Shown in pieces: positions 25,562 to 39,270 of a stretch of 64,000 nt of DNA. Made by a program: the position numbers and the translations under genes. Within the stretch, counting starts at the first letter, position 1, and each line of letters opens with the position of its first letter. This DNA comes from Selaginella moellendorffii. Its lineage: Eukaryota > Plantae > Lycopodiophyta. Under the pieces are notes generated by a model. The model worked only from the letters and a program-made list of their open reading frames with translations. It made no database searches and was not told where the DNA came from. The stretch is from the NCBI RefSeq assembly GCF_000143415.4, contig NW_003314283.1, positions 1,109,734 to 1,173,733 of the forward strand, given 5' to 3'.

Positions 25562-27087
25562 TAATACCTATTGATAAACTTGTTAAAGTGTTAAAGTTAA
25601 ATCATTAGATGATCTTATAGTTAAGCAAGGACAAAATCTTTGTGAAGTTAAAGAATATAGTTTTTAGTTCAAAGTGTTAATTTAAATTATTGGTAATGGT
25701 GTGGCTTGGTCAAGGTGATCAAGTGGGAAAGATACATAAAGAAAATAAACTACAACAATATAATGGTATTATAAGTTCAAAACAATAGTCTCTAAGGAAG
25801 GACCCATGGGTGGGTCTCAAGGTTAAGCCATCCCATAACATAAAATATTGGAAAGACTTATTAAGGGTGAATACCTTTTGGACTTAGCAAAATAAAGCAT
25901 TTGTTATGGAATTAAAAGGATACTTCAAGGATGGAGGTAGTGATCCTACGTTATTTAGTGCAACGATCAAAAGATAGGAGCAAAAAACTAATGGCTAAGA
26001 TTAAGTTATGGAAATCATTGGAAGGAATCTAAATGGCAAAGTTATGCAAAAAACACTCATATATTAGATGTTAATAAATTATGGGAAAGGAAATATGTTT
26101 CTAATGATGGATTCCCAAATGCTTCAATTTAACAAAAGTGAAATCTCTAAGGAAGGGAGAGGCAAGGTAACCAAACGATAGGGCCGTGGATAGCCTTAAC
26201 ACAAATTATAGATAAGTGGAACTTAGTGCCTAAAGTGGCATGAAATAAAAGAAAAGATGATAGTGCCCTCAAGTAAAGAACTTTATAAAATGGGGAAGTG
26301 GAGTTTGCACAACATGTACAATGCAAGGTGTAGAGAACACTTAGGAAATTGACTTCAAAAAGTCAAAATTAAAAGTTTTAAAGTGTGATATTTATGTTGA
26401 TGGAAGCTAAAACTACTTGGGTATGAGTAGCTAGATTGAGATAGAGAAGGTGTTTTTAATAGGTTTAACAAAAACTAAACCAAATAAAGGGAAAGAACCA
26501 TTATAAATGGTATAATGAGTCTCTAAGTTCGGGAGATTATTCTCCTTATAGGAGGGGAAAGGCATGATGAGCCTTCAATGTCAAACTATTGATAAATATT
26601 AGTTTGGTGCTAAAAAAATGGTAGTTTATGATAGAGTTACTTTGTAAAATGGTTTATTGTTCAATGAGGATATTAAACTTCGTCTATGGGTAGTGGAATT
26701 GTGAGACACAAATCCCTGAGCCCCAAAGTGGAGCATAAAGGGTGTTATATGGTGGTGGTTAAAGTGGAAGTCTAACAAACATAATATATTTGGACTAAAG
26801 GCTTTAACTTGGAAAGTCGAGAGTGGGAGTGGAACTTCGAATGAAGTGCTTGAGGGATGAGTATGAAGCAATTGGTGATTGAGTCTCTAAAAAGGGACAC
26901 CAAAAAGACTAAAGTATAGCAAGTGTCATGACACATGAAAGTGTCAGGAACAAGTCCAAGAAGGAGTCTGAGATGGAGTCCAAGATGGAGTCTGATATGC
27001 ACTTAGGATAGAGTTCGAGATGGACCCAAGATGGAGTCTGAGATAAAGTCCAAGATGGACTTGAGATAAAGTCTGAGATGGACCCGA
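25562..27087 (+). mobile_element. Old truncated family B fragment (B3: 3' interior plus LTR start at 26700; continues 39232-39267)
   Basis: Colinear with B2 36396-37900 but more decayed. LTR start TGTGAGACAC at 26700. Confidence 0.8.
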
Positions 27088-27316
27088 TGTGAGACACAAA
27101 ATCCCTAGGCCCCAAAGTGGAGCCGGAAGGGTGCCACAAGGTAGTGGCCGAAGCGAAAGCCAAACGAGTGTAACACGTTTGGATTAAAAGCTCCGACTTG
27201 AAAGGTCGAGAGCGGGAGTGGAACTCCCAACAAAGTGCTCGAGGAATGAGCACGAAGCGAGCAATAAGCAAGGCTCTAAAAAAGGGACCCAAAAGGATCA
27301 ACACATGACACGTGGA

Positions 27317-30300
27317 TGTCAGGAATCCCCCAATTCTTGCCACATTCTTGACTCTCACCGGATTCCTGACCTGCAGACCACATTCCTGACTCTCGAGACA
27401 CTTCCCTATTCCTGACTCTCGAGACACTTCCCGATTCTTGAGTCTCGAGCCACATTCCTGATGATGATGTGGCGCCTCCTCGACCTCAGCGATATTTAGG
27501 CCGTCCTCGATCCAAGAGTGGTGGAGCTTCATCAACCTATAGTATATATAGGTTAGCCTTGTTCCATTTCTCCACAATCTGAATCAACGCCAGTCTAAGG
27601 CCTTTTCTTTGTTTCCACTAGTTTTTCTCTTTGTCTTTTTGCATTTTCCAGTCTTGATCTTGTCAGGGGTCTTGACAATTTGATTCAGATTGTGTTTTTT
27701 CGTTTTTTGATTTAGCTCGTTTTAATTGTTTGATTACCTTTGCCTTTTTTCCCCCTTTTTTCTTTCTTCTTGCCAATGGAGTCTCCAAGCCATCCTGATT
27801 TCTTTGCTGAAGTCCTTGCAAAAATCCAGTCTGAGAATACCGAGCTGAAGGCGACCCTTCTTCGCATGCAGCAGGAGCTTGCTTCACTTTCGGCTTAAGG
27901 ATCCAGCAAAGTTCCTGAACCGAATGTGAGCTTCCCGGCGAAATTTTCAGGCAAGCGTTCGGAGCTTCGCGGATTCCTGAACCAAATGGAGTTGATCTTC
28001 GCACTTCAACATCGGCGGTACCCCACTCCCGAGTCTCAAATCAGCGCGATTGGGACGTTGCTCAAAGGTGCAGCTTTGTCATGGTTTTCTCCTCTTCTGG
28101 AGAAGAGCATGAAAGGGGTCGTGGTTCCGGAGCTGATGGATCTTCAATTGTTCAAAGAGAAGCTCGAAGCATGTTTTGGCGAGACGGATCGGGTTCAGGC
28201 TGCTACCACAAAGATGAGACGTCTCTCTCAGGGGTCTCGTCCTACCTCGATCTACGTTGCAGAGTTCCAACTCCTTGCTTTGGACACTCAGTGGGATGAG
28301 CAGGCCCTAATTGACCAATTTCGTTTCGGCCTCAACAATGGTGTCAAGGATTTGTTGCTCACCATGGAGGATCCCAAGGACCTGTCGGACGCCATTAACA
28401 AAGCTGTTCGATGTGACAATCGTCTCTTTGAACGTCGTTAGGAAAGTCGCCGCGCCGCTGTTTTTCCGTCCCAGACTCAGGAATCCCAGCTTGAGTCTTC
28501 GGGGCATACTCTTGAACCTACTGCTCCGGTTCCGATGGATATTTCTGGTACTCCCCGACTCATTAGAGGGAAGTTGAGTCCTGCTGAGAAGCAATGTCGA
28601 ATATCTCATAATCTTTGCCTCTATTGTGCTGATCCTAATCACAAAGCAGCTGTATGTCCCAAGAAGCCTCCTCGACTGCTTGAGTTCACTCTGCCTCAAA
28701 GTCTACCTCTATTGCAGTCGGGAAACGACCCTGTCCAAACAGAGTAAGAGCTGTCTGTTTGGACTCCCCGAAAAAAAATCACTTTTCTTCTTTATCAAGC
28801 TCCTCACCACCTTTCATCAAAGCCACCACCAATTCCCGCAACTTCTGCGTCCCATGTCTCCTTTCTTTCACCGGACAATCAGGACTCAAGGCTTTGGCGC
28901 TACTGGACTCGGGTGCAACTTCCTGCTTCATGGACACGGACTTTGCTACCTGACATCACGTTCCTCTTTCTCCTACCATACGGGATTTGAGGGTTGAAGG
29001 CATCGGCGGGCATTTTGTGTCTTCATCTTCTAGACTTAGGGAAACGTTGCCCGTTCGAGTACACATCGGGTCCACCGTCACCGATATCGCCTTCAACATC
29101 ATCAACAGCAAGTCCTCTGTGGTGCTCGGTCTTCCTTGGTTCCAACTACATCAGCCTCAAATCTGTTGGAAGGAATTACAGCTCATCTCTCCCATGGCTT
29201 CCCCTGCTGTTCATCGAGTCCGAATCAGGAAAAGTTCCCTAAACTCAAATCGGGGTTCTGTTCCTGACTCTACAAAGTTTTCACCCTCTTCTTTTTCCTC
29301 TCTTCCATCTTACACTGGACCGTATCCTCGTCTCATCATTCCATTTAGTCGTACGCCTCCTCCTATCTCCACAATCACTATGAGGAGCATGACGAACATG
29401 TACGCAAGGTGCTAGCGAAGCTGCGAGAACACGGCCTATACGCGAAGCTTGAGAAATGTTCCTTTGATCAATAGTCTGTGGAGTTCCTTGGGTACATTGT
29501 CACTCTTCAGGGTATCATGATGGATCTTGCCAAAGTCAAGACTATTCTCGAATGGGAGCCTCCACAATCAATGTCGAACGTTCAAGTTTTCCTTGGCTTC
29601 GCCAACTTCTACCGCAAATTCATTGATCACTACTCTGACATTGTCCTTCCTCTCACACATCTCACTCGCAAGGATGTTCCCTTCTCTTGGTCTGCTGCTG
29701 CCCAGCAGGCCTTCGACACACTCAAGGCGGCCTTCAGTTCTACTCCTGTCTTGATCCATGCTGATTCTTCACAACCTTTCTTCATCGAGGCTGACGCCTC
29801 CGACTTTGCCATTGGTGCTGTGCTATCTCAACTCGGAGCGGATCATGAACTTCATCCGGTCACTTTCCATTCTCGGAAATTCCAGCCTGCAGAGATCAAT
29901 TATGAAATCCACGACAAGGAGCTCCTTGCCATCGTGGATTCCTTTGGAGAGTGGCGCCGTTTCTTGGAATGGGCGGACCATCAAACAATAGTCTGGACGG
30001 ATCACAAAAATCTCGAGTACTTTGCCACTTCCCGAGTTTTGAGCCGTCGTCAAGCAAGGTGGGCACAATTCCTGAGTCGGTTTGACTTTGTTATCAAGTA
30101 CAGACCGGGAAAGTTTCAAGGCCTTCCTAATGCTCTTTCAAGGCGCTTCTATCTCAGTCTCAGGCCTGGTAATCCTGCCTTCGATCAACAGGATCAAGTT
30201 ATCCTCAGTCCTGATCGGCTTCAAGTTATGGCAATTTCCTTGGCCCCTTAGGACTCCTCCTTGATGGATGCGATCAGAAACGAGCTCCAATCTGATGACC

Positions 30301-32183
30301 TCGCCAGTGATATTTTCACCCATCTTCAGGCTGGACACCCAGTGACTCCCGACTGCCGGCAATTTGACGAGTTCGAGTTCTTAGATGGCTTATTGTATCG
30401 TGGGGAGTAGCTTTACGTTCCTGAAGGTGATGCTCGAAGGTTGGTCCTGATGGCATGCCACGATAGCCCGACTGCTGGTCATTTCGGCATTGCGAAAACC
30501 TATGAGCTAGTTGCACGGGACTTTTGGTGGCCTCACATGGACGACTACATCAAAGCTTTTGTTACCTCCTGTGACATTTGTGCCCGGAATAAGGTACCTC
30601 GCCACCTTCCTTCAGGTTTGCTTCGTTCCCTCCGGGTCCCTTCAGGTCTTTGGGAATCCATCTCCATGGATTTCTTGAGTGATCTTCCGAGTTCTGGAGG
30701 CTTCAACAGTATTTTAGTCGTGGTGGATCGTTTCACAAAGATGGCGCACTTCTTGCCGTGTACCAAGGAATTTTCGGGCGAGGACATGGCAAAACTGGTA
30801 TTCAGGGAAATTTTCCGACTTCATGGGATTCCTACAGATGTGGTTTCGGATTGGGAGCCTCAGTTCATCTCTCATTTCTGGCAACGGTTTTTGCAGCTGC
30901 TTGGAGTGAAGGCCAACCTCTCTTCGGCATATCATCCTCAAACTAATGGACAGTCCGAGCGAACGATTCAGACGTTGGAACAATTCTTGAGGTGCTTCAT
31001 CAACTATCATCAGGATAACTGGTTCGATATCCTTCCCCTTGCTGAGTTCTCCTATAACAACTCTGTTCACTCCTCTCTTCGAGTTTCCCCCTTCTTTGCG
31101 AACTCTGGCCGAAATCCCCGATTCAATCTCTCACTTCCTTCTCCATCTGAATCCTCTCATTCAAATCCCCACTCTGAGGCATTTATCTCCAACCTCCAGG
31201 AAATCCACAACTCCATCTCCTTCCACCTCCATCGTGCTCAGGAATCTCACAAAACATTTGCCAATGTCCATCGTCAGGATTGTCCCCCTTACAATATCGG
31301 GGATAAAGTCTGGCTCCTTAGGTGAAATATCTCCACCACCAGGCCCTGTCCAAAACTCAATTTCAAACGCCTTGGTCCTTTCCCTATCACTACCATCATT
31401 AATCCTGTCACTTATCACCTTGCACTTCCCTCCTCATATCAAATTCACCTCGTTTTTCACTCCTCTCTCCTTGAGCCTTATATTCCCAATCCTATTCCAA
31501 ATCGGGTCATTCCTCCGCCTCTGCCAGTGCAGCTCGAGGATGGGTCTGAGTACGAGGTTCAGGACATCCTTGATTCCAAGATTTCACGGTCTAAACTCTA
31601 CTATCTGGTCGACTGGAAAGGTTACGGACTTGAGGAACGCACTTGGGAACCTGCGGACAACCTGATTCATTCTCCTGACCTTGTTCAGGACTTCCACCGC
31701 CACTATCCTTCTCGTCCCAGTCCTCATTCTTTTTCTCCATCTCCCATCCCTCGCCGCTCATCTCATCCTCCTCTTCGTTCTCGTTCACATCCTCGTTCCA
31801 CTCGTTCTTAAGGAGGGGGTGCTGTCAGGAATCCCCTAATTCTTGCCACATTCCTAACTCTCGCCGGATTCCTGACCTGCAGACCACATTCCTGACTCTC
31901 GAGACACTTCCCTATTCCTGACTCTCGAGACACTTCCCGATTCCTGAGTCTCGAGCCACATTCCTAATGATGATGTGGCACCTCCTCGACTTCAGCTATA
32001 TTTAAGCCGTCCTCGATCCAAGAGTGGTGGAGCTTCATCAACCTATAGTATATATAGGTTAGCCTTGTTCCATTTCTCCACAATTTGAATCAACGCCAGT
32101 TTAAGGCCTCTTCTTTGTTTCCACTAGCTTTTCTCTTTGTCTTTTTGCATTTTCCAGTCTTGATCTTGTCAGGGGTTTTGACA
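27317..32183 (+). mobile_element. Family C chromovirus copy C3 with an internal RT deletion
   Basis: 361-bp LTRs at 27317-27677 and 31823-32183. TSD GTGGA/GTGAA. gag, PR, RH, INT and chromodomain present. About 0.66 kb of RT, including YLDD, is missing at ~29383. Confidence 0.93.
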
Positions 32184-35100
32184 GTGAAAGTGTCCGAGAT
32201 GAACTTGAGATGGAGTCTGAGATGGAGTCCGAGATGGGGTCCGAGATGGAGTCCTAGATGGACCGAGACGGAGTCCGAGATGGATCCGAGATGGAGTCCA
32301 AGATGGACTCCAAGATGGACCGAGACGGAATCCAAGATGGAGTCCGAGATGGACCCGAGATGGAATCCGAGATGGAGTCCAAGGTCAAGACCGAGATTGG
32401 GACCGAGACTGAGACTGAGACCGAGGCCAGGAATGAGGCCGAGGCCGAGGCCGAGACCGAGCCCGAACCCGAGTCCGAGTTGGAGTCCTGAGTTCGAGTC
32501 TGAGAGGGTGAAAGCCCAAAGCGTTCGTCTCCCAGACCCTGGGGGGTTTGGTGAGCTCCAAAAGTATAGTAGGGGGGAGGACTACAGTGGAGCCAGTTTG
32601 GCTAGGAAAGGCCAGTTTGGCCTAGGAAGGCTGTTCCCAATGTTGGGTGATGAGCTGCCCACTGGGAAGTCCAAGACTAAAGTGAACACGGACCGACAAG
32701 CGGGGTAGCTTGGTGAAGTGTTCAAGAGCCGGCTTTAGTTCCCCTGGGAGATCAATTGGCCAATGCTCCCAGTCCAAGTGTGGGTGGCACTACCTACTTG
32801 GATACCTAGTGTGGCTCAACGGAACCTCACTCTAAGCCCACGGCTAGAGCACCCAAAGGCGGAAGGTGGGGAGAGTACCCACGAGGCCTATGGTATTCCG
32901 AAATGTTGCCCCAAGGTCTTAAACTGTGAAAAGGAAAAGGAGCCGTCCTATAGTGTAGAGACCAAGGATGCAATCATGTGAGGAGGAAGTCCCAGACGAC
33001 CGTGGGACTTAGTGGTTGGGCCTGTGAGCCTTGATCCAGTGGCAGTGTTGGCGAACACGGCTATGGGCAAAAAGGGACTTGGTGGAGACCGGAAAAGGGA
33101 TGTTGGGGAAGGCTATTCCCTATGTCTGTGTGCATCCTAAGGACGCTAAAGAGTGGATTTGGGATGATCACTCATGGACGGATGGCCTAGTCTTTGAGAA
33201 ACGGGACTGTAATGTAGGTGGTGTCAGACCACTGGTGTGACCAAGGTGATTGGGCATGGCCTCAACGTAATGGGCTGATATGTCGGTGGTACCTTGGGGT
33301 GTCGATCATGGGATCGGATACGTAGAGCACTTGGACCAAGTGCAAAAGTTGAGTGGCATGGATGCCATTCTTGGGGCTGGCAAGCCCCAAGTTCGGTATT
33401 GGACTTATGGAGGTTGTGAATGAGACTCCTCCAAGTGGTCGGAGGTATGGTTAAGTGACTAAAGTAGAATGGAAAATTTAGTTGCTTACAATTTGGTATC
33501 AGAGTTGTTCCTTAGTCCGGCTTTTATTGGTGCTCAAGTATATCACTATTGATATTGGAAACGGAAGGTCCTAGAAGTGGGCCTATCCTTGAGGAGTAGC
33601 ATGTTGAGAGGACATGGCTCTCCACTCAAGTTCATGCGTGAACATGGGCACGATGTGGTGGATAGAAAAGGGGCCAATAAGGGAATGACTTTGGGATCTT
33701 GGGAATAATATAAGGTTTCCCTCAGAGAGTTGAGGATGTGATCCGGATGAGCGGTTGACTCAGCAAACTGGCTAAGGTAGTTGTGGTAAACAACTATAGT
33801 TGGTATCACGGGAAAGATAGAGGCTCCAAAACAATAAAGGAGTCACAAAATTATCCTCGCATAATTGAGGCTAGTGTTCATGAATTTGAGACCGAAATTG
33901 ATGACCGTGAGAAGTGAAGTACGGATGAGGACACGAGTCCTTGAAATGGTAGCCGAGGCTACCTTTTATAAATGCTGGAACAACCCAAGGAGTTGGGGGT
34001 GTACTTAGAGGATGAGTTGGTATTCTTATCACATGGACAAGTGGTCTTAAAATGCAAAAGGTTGCCCCAAGAGAACAAATCAAGTGTCGGAGTAACAATT
34101 GGAAAGATGGTTCTTGTGAGTAGAACTTGAATACAAGAAGTTGTATTTCAGTGAGCTGGCACCTTAAAGGTAGGACCTCATGGGTCATCAGATGACAAAG
34201 TCCAAAAAGCTAGATGACTCAAATAGAGTCAAGGAATAATACTAAAGGATTGATGGAAGCATTTGGATTGAGGTGTGTTGTACCCCACGAAGGATGGGGG
34301 GAATCATAAGATCCAAGTATGAGAACAGAGGGTATTTTATTGATGGCAGAATGTGCCATACTAAAGTCGTGGGAAAGGTGTTCCTAGAAAAAGCAACTTT
34401 GGTGCAGAGTTGTGTGCGAACACTATGGTGTAGTGCTAACGGATAGTTGACATGAGAAACAACTAGGTTAATTCTGGCAAAGACCTAGACACAAGTGCAA
34501 AGTGTCATAAAGGCAGACTCATGGAGCTGATGGTGTAGAGACACCAAATGGGCCAAGGTGTGATACCTTGAGGTTATATTGATGGGTTCATAAGAACCCC
34601 TTGCCAAGGGAATCCCAATTTAAATGGGAATGGCATAGTCTAAATTGAAAAGCATGTGGTAGAGTGTAGTAACCTAGATAATGATGAAAGTGTGGAAGCA
34701 CCAACAATGAGTTGTAGGGCTTGACAACTATGAGGCAACTAAGTAAGAGGTGCAAGATAATTGGTTAAACGGATAGAAGGTAGCTACCTAAAATTTCTTA
34801 ATGGCATAAGGAAGTTAGATATACCCTTACGGGGGATAAATTGCTTATGTTGCAATATAGTGAGTCAATGTTGTAAAAGGAAATGCTCATTGTCAAGAAG
34901 GCTATCATTGGGACACCCAAACACTCTAAAACACCAGGAAGTGGTGTTTGGTGTTGCAAGGGCATTAGATAAGGCCCAAGGGACTAAGTCCCTAGCGAAT
35001 GATGAATAGGAAGTGTTATCCAAATGTCTAAGGTTCTGGAGACGGGAGAAATCTGTCTACCCGATTTGGATAAAGCAAAAAATGGGATTTTGGCAAGGCT

Positions 35101-37759
35101 AGTGATGGGCATATAGAGGCCCATAAGTAGCAACATTAATCCCGGTGCGTGGGATTATGAGGTGAGCATGCCCAGATTAAGGAACCACTCCCTAAGCTAT
35201 TGGGTAAATTCATCCCTATGAATACTTGCTAAGGCATAGTAGAAGGTGCAAAGCTATCTTTTTAGTTTGGAGGAGAATAAGCAAAGGAAACATATAAGGC
35301 CAAAAAGTAAGTAGTATTGAGATGGAATTGAACCATAAAAATTGAAGGGCATAACTGACAGTGGTTATGCAAGTTGGGAGTGGAGAATCAAGAGGGTGCT
35401 CGAGGATGTTGTTACTAGCAACCGCAGTGCTATGGAGAGTCTAAAATGTGAAATTATCCATGTTAGACGATATAGTGAGTAAGGAGCTTGCAAAGGAGAA
35501 GCCTTAGCAAGCTAAGGAACAGAGTTCCATGAAGGTTCCCAAAGACAATTCTAAGTAGATAAGTACCTAGAAAGCTAAATGTAAATGGTTCCTAAAGTGC
35601 GCAAAATTAGAGTGGCGCAGCAGAAGCATGGTCTTGAAGCTGGCCATGAGGCGAGGCTATCAAAGTTGGGGAAGTATTTCCCAAGTGTTCAAAGAAAGGG
35701 CTTTGAATGAAAGTCGATGGTTAGGACTATCACGCTTATGCATGAACTATGTTACGGTGGCCGGATGACTTACTAAGTGAGATTGGCAAGTCAGGGGAAC
35801 AAATCCCTAGTCAAAGGTGCTAACTTCAAAAGGGATGGCCCATGGGGCCAAGCATGGAAGAATCTATGCATGATCACATACTTGTCTAGTGAGAGGGCTT
35901 GGCAGTGCGGAGGAACTAGGTTCCTAAGCTGTGATCTATAGTGCGCTTTAAATATAAATTGGTGCAACGACATGGGGAGTCACGCCAGGCATCTTGGATG
36001 ATGCCTTCTGTAGATGCATATACGGAGGTTGGGTTCGAGTCCCGACCCTCTAGTGCTTGGGTTCAAGTCCCAAATCACTAGGGCGTGGTGATGGTTTGGA
36101 ATATGAGGACATTCATTTTTCGGTGGTCATGGACTCTCAATGAGGAGACTGGTTTGGGCACACTGCCAAGCGAGGGATGCCTTGGAGTCATGATGCACGG
36201 TTAGATTGCTTAGTATGGCTTGGCAATCTAACTTGAACACTTTGGTGCGAGTGGCACCAAGGACGTGGTGAATGAGATAGGGATATCCAGTCTCAGTTGC
36301 TATGGACCCTTAGCCAGAAGGGCTGGCTTGGGTGCACCACCAAGTGTGGGGGATGCCCTCGGGGTCATAGTGAACAACTTCAAGGTCTGGAAGATCTAGT
36401 ACCTATTGGCAAACCTGTTAAGGTGCCAAAGTTGGATCACTAGGTGGTCTTATGGCTAAAAAAAAGGACAAGGTCCTTGCGAGGTTAAGAGATAAAGTTC
36501 CTAATTCAAAAGTGTTGATTTGAACTATTGATGATGGTGTGGCTTAGTCAAGGTAACCAAGTGGGAAGAATACCTAAGGGAAAGAATTATGTTAATGTGA
36601 TGGCATAATAAGTCTGAGAAAAGTAGTCTCTATAAGAGATCCAAGGGAGGGTCTCAAAAGTGGGGCCATGGATAAAGCCTACAGTAGAAAATGTTAAAGA
36701 AACATACTAAGGGTGAACACCCTCTGGACTTGGCAAAGTAAAGTGTTTGCTATGGAACCGAAAGGAAACCTCGAAAATGGAGGTAGTGATTCTATGTTGC
36801 TGGGGGCAACAATCAAGGATAGGAGCAAAAGACTAGTGGCTAAGAAAAGACCCATGGGAATCATGGGAAAGAATCTAAATGGCAAAGTTAGGCCGAGAAC
36901 ACTAATGTGTTGAGTGCTAATGGATTGTGAAAAATGCAATATTTCCCCAATGATGGATTCCCAACCACTCCGATTTGGCGAAAGTGGAAGCTTCAAGAGG
37001 GGCAGCGTCAAGGTAGCTAAATAATAAGGTCGGGGGCAGCCCTAGCACCAATTATGATAACTGGAACTTAGTGCCAAAAGTGGCACGATGTCGATGAGAG
37101 GATGATAGTGCCCTCAAGTAAAGAACTTCCTAGGATGGGGAAGTGGAGTTGCACCATGTGCAACGTAAGGTGTTGGAGACACTTAGGAAATTGACTCTGA
37201 GAAGTCAAAATTAAAAGTTCTAAAGTGCAAAGGTTATGTCGATGGAATCTAAGACTACACGAGAATGAGTAGTGGAATTGAGTTAGAAAAGGTGTCTCTA
37301 ACGGGTTTAGCGAAAACTGAACCAATAAAAGGGAGTAAACCACCCCAGGTGGCCGAATGAGTCTCTATGTTGGAGAGACTATGCTCCTTAAAGGATGGAT
37401 AAGGCATGATGAGCTTTCGCTATCAAACCATAGACAAATATTAGCCAGGTGCCAAGGATGGAAACAGTAATAAAAGGGTTTACCGTTCAATGAGGACATC
37501 GAACTTTGTTTATGGGTGGTGGAGTTGTGAGACACAAAATCCTTAGGCCCCAAAGTGGAGCCAAAAGGGCGCCATGTGGTAGTGGCTGAAGCAAAAGCCA
37601 AACGAGCGTAACACGCTTGGACTAAAAGCTCCGACTTGAAAGGTCAAGAGCGAGAGTGGAACTCCCAATAAAGTGCTCGAGGAATGAGCACGAAGCAAGC
37701 AATAAAAGAGGCTCTAAAAAAGGGACCCAAAAGGACTAACACATGACATGTGGAAGTGT

Positions 37760-38235
37760 CTGAGATAGACTTGAGATGGAGTCTGAGATGGGGTCCAAGA
37801 TGGAGTCCGAGATGGAGTCCGAGATGGAGTCCGAGATGGAGTCCGAGATGGAGTTCGAGATGGAGTCCAAGATGGACCGAGATGGAGTCTGAGATGGAGT
37901 TCGAGATGGATCCGAGATGGACCCGAGATGGACCCGAGATGGAGTCTGAGATGGACCCAAGATGGAGTCCGAGATGGACCGAGACAGAGTCCGAGATGAG
38001 GTCCGAGATGGACTCGAGATGGAATCTGAGATGGAGTCTGAGAAGGACCCGAGATGGAGTCTGAGGTCAAGACCGAGACAAGGACCGAGACCGAGATCAA
38101 GACCCAGACCGAGACCGAGACCGAAATCGGGACCGAGACCGAGACCGAGGTTGAGGTCGAGACCGAGCCCGAGCCCAAGTCCGAGTCCGTGTCCGAGTCC
38201 GAGTCCGAGTCCGAGTCCGAGTCCGAGTTTGAGTC
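37760..38235. repeat. B-LTR minisatellite (GATGGAGTCCGA / GAGACC / GAGTCC units); a shorter version lies at 32190-32500
   Basis: Tandem units are directly visible. Confidence 0.9.
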
Positions 38236-39270
38236 TGAAAGGGTAAAAGCCCAAAGCGTTCATCTCCTAGACCCTAGGGGGTTTGGTGAGCTCCAAAAGT
38301 ATAGTAGGGGGAGGACTGCAGTGGAGCCAGTTTGGCCAAGAAAGGCCAGTTTGGCTTAGGAAGGCTGTACCCAGTGTTGGGTGATGAGCTGCCCACTGGG
38401 AAGTCCAAGACTAGAGTGAACACGGACCGACAAGCGAGGTAGCTTGGTGAAGTGTTCAAAAGCCGGCTTTAGTTCCCCTGGGAGATCAATTGGCCGATGC
38501 TCCCAGTCAAAGTGTGGGTGGCACTACCTACTTGGATACCTGGTGTGGCTCAACGGAACCTTGCTCTAAACCCACGGCTAGAGCACCCAAAGGCAGAAGG
38601 CAGGGAGAGTACCCATGAGGCTCGCGTAAGGCCACGGTGTTCCGAAATGTTGCCCCAAGGTCCCAGACTGTGAAAAGGAAGAGGAGCTGTCCTATAGTGT
38701 AGAGACCAAGGATGCAGTCATGTGAGGAGGAAGTCCCAGACGACCGTGGGACTTAGTGGTCGGGCTTGTGAGCCTCGATCCAATGGCAATATTGGCGAAC
38801 ACGGCTATGGGCAAAAAAGGACTTGGTGGAGACTGGAAAAAGGATGTTAGGGAAGGCTATTCCCCATGTCTGTGTGCATCCTAAGGATGCTAAGGAGTGG
38901 ATCTGGGATGATCACTCATGGACAGATGGCCCAGTCTTTGAGAGACGGGATTGTAATGTAGGTGGTGTCAGACCACTGGTGTGACCAAGGTGATTGGGCA
39001 TGGCCTCAGTGTAACAGGCTGATATGTCGGTGGTACCTTGGGGTGTCGATCATGGGATTGGACACGTAGAGCATTTGGACCAAGTGCAAAGGTTGAGTGG
39101 CATGGATGCCATTCTTGGGGCTGGCAAGCCCCAAATTTGGAATTGGACTTATAGTTGTGAATGAGATTCCTCCAAGTGGTCGGAAGTATGGTTAAGTGAC
39201 TAAAGTAGAATGGAAAATTTAGTCACTTACACCCGAGAGGAAGTTTGAGGTCGAGTCCAAGATGGACCCA

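Larger units (their letters stand above)
27088..39231 (+). mobile_element. Large non-autonomous LTR element, family B copy B2 (5' LTR split by C3)
   Basis: TSD CCCGA at 27083-27087 and 39232-39236. 5' LTR 27088-27316 plus 32184-33490. PBS TGGTATCAGAG at 33494-33504. 3' LTR 37526-39231. The 4 kb interior has no recognisable intact retroelement ORF. Confidence 0.9.
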
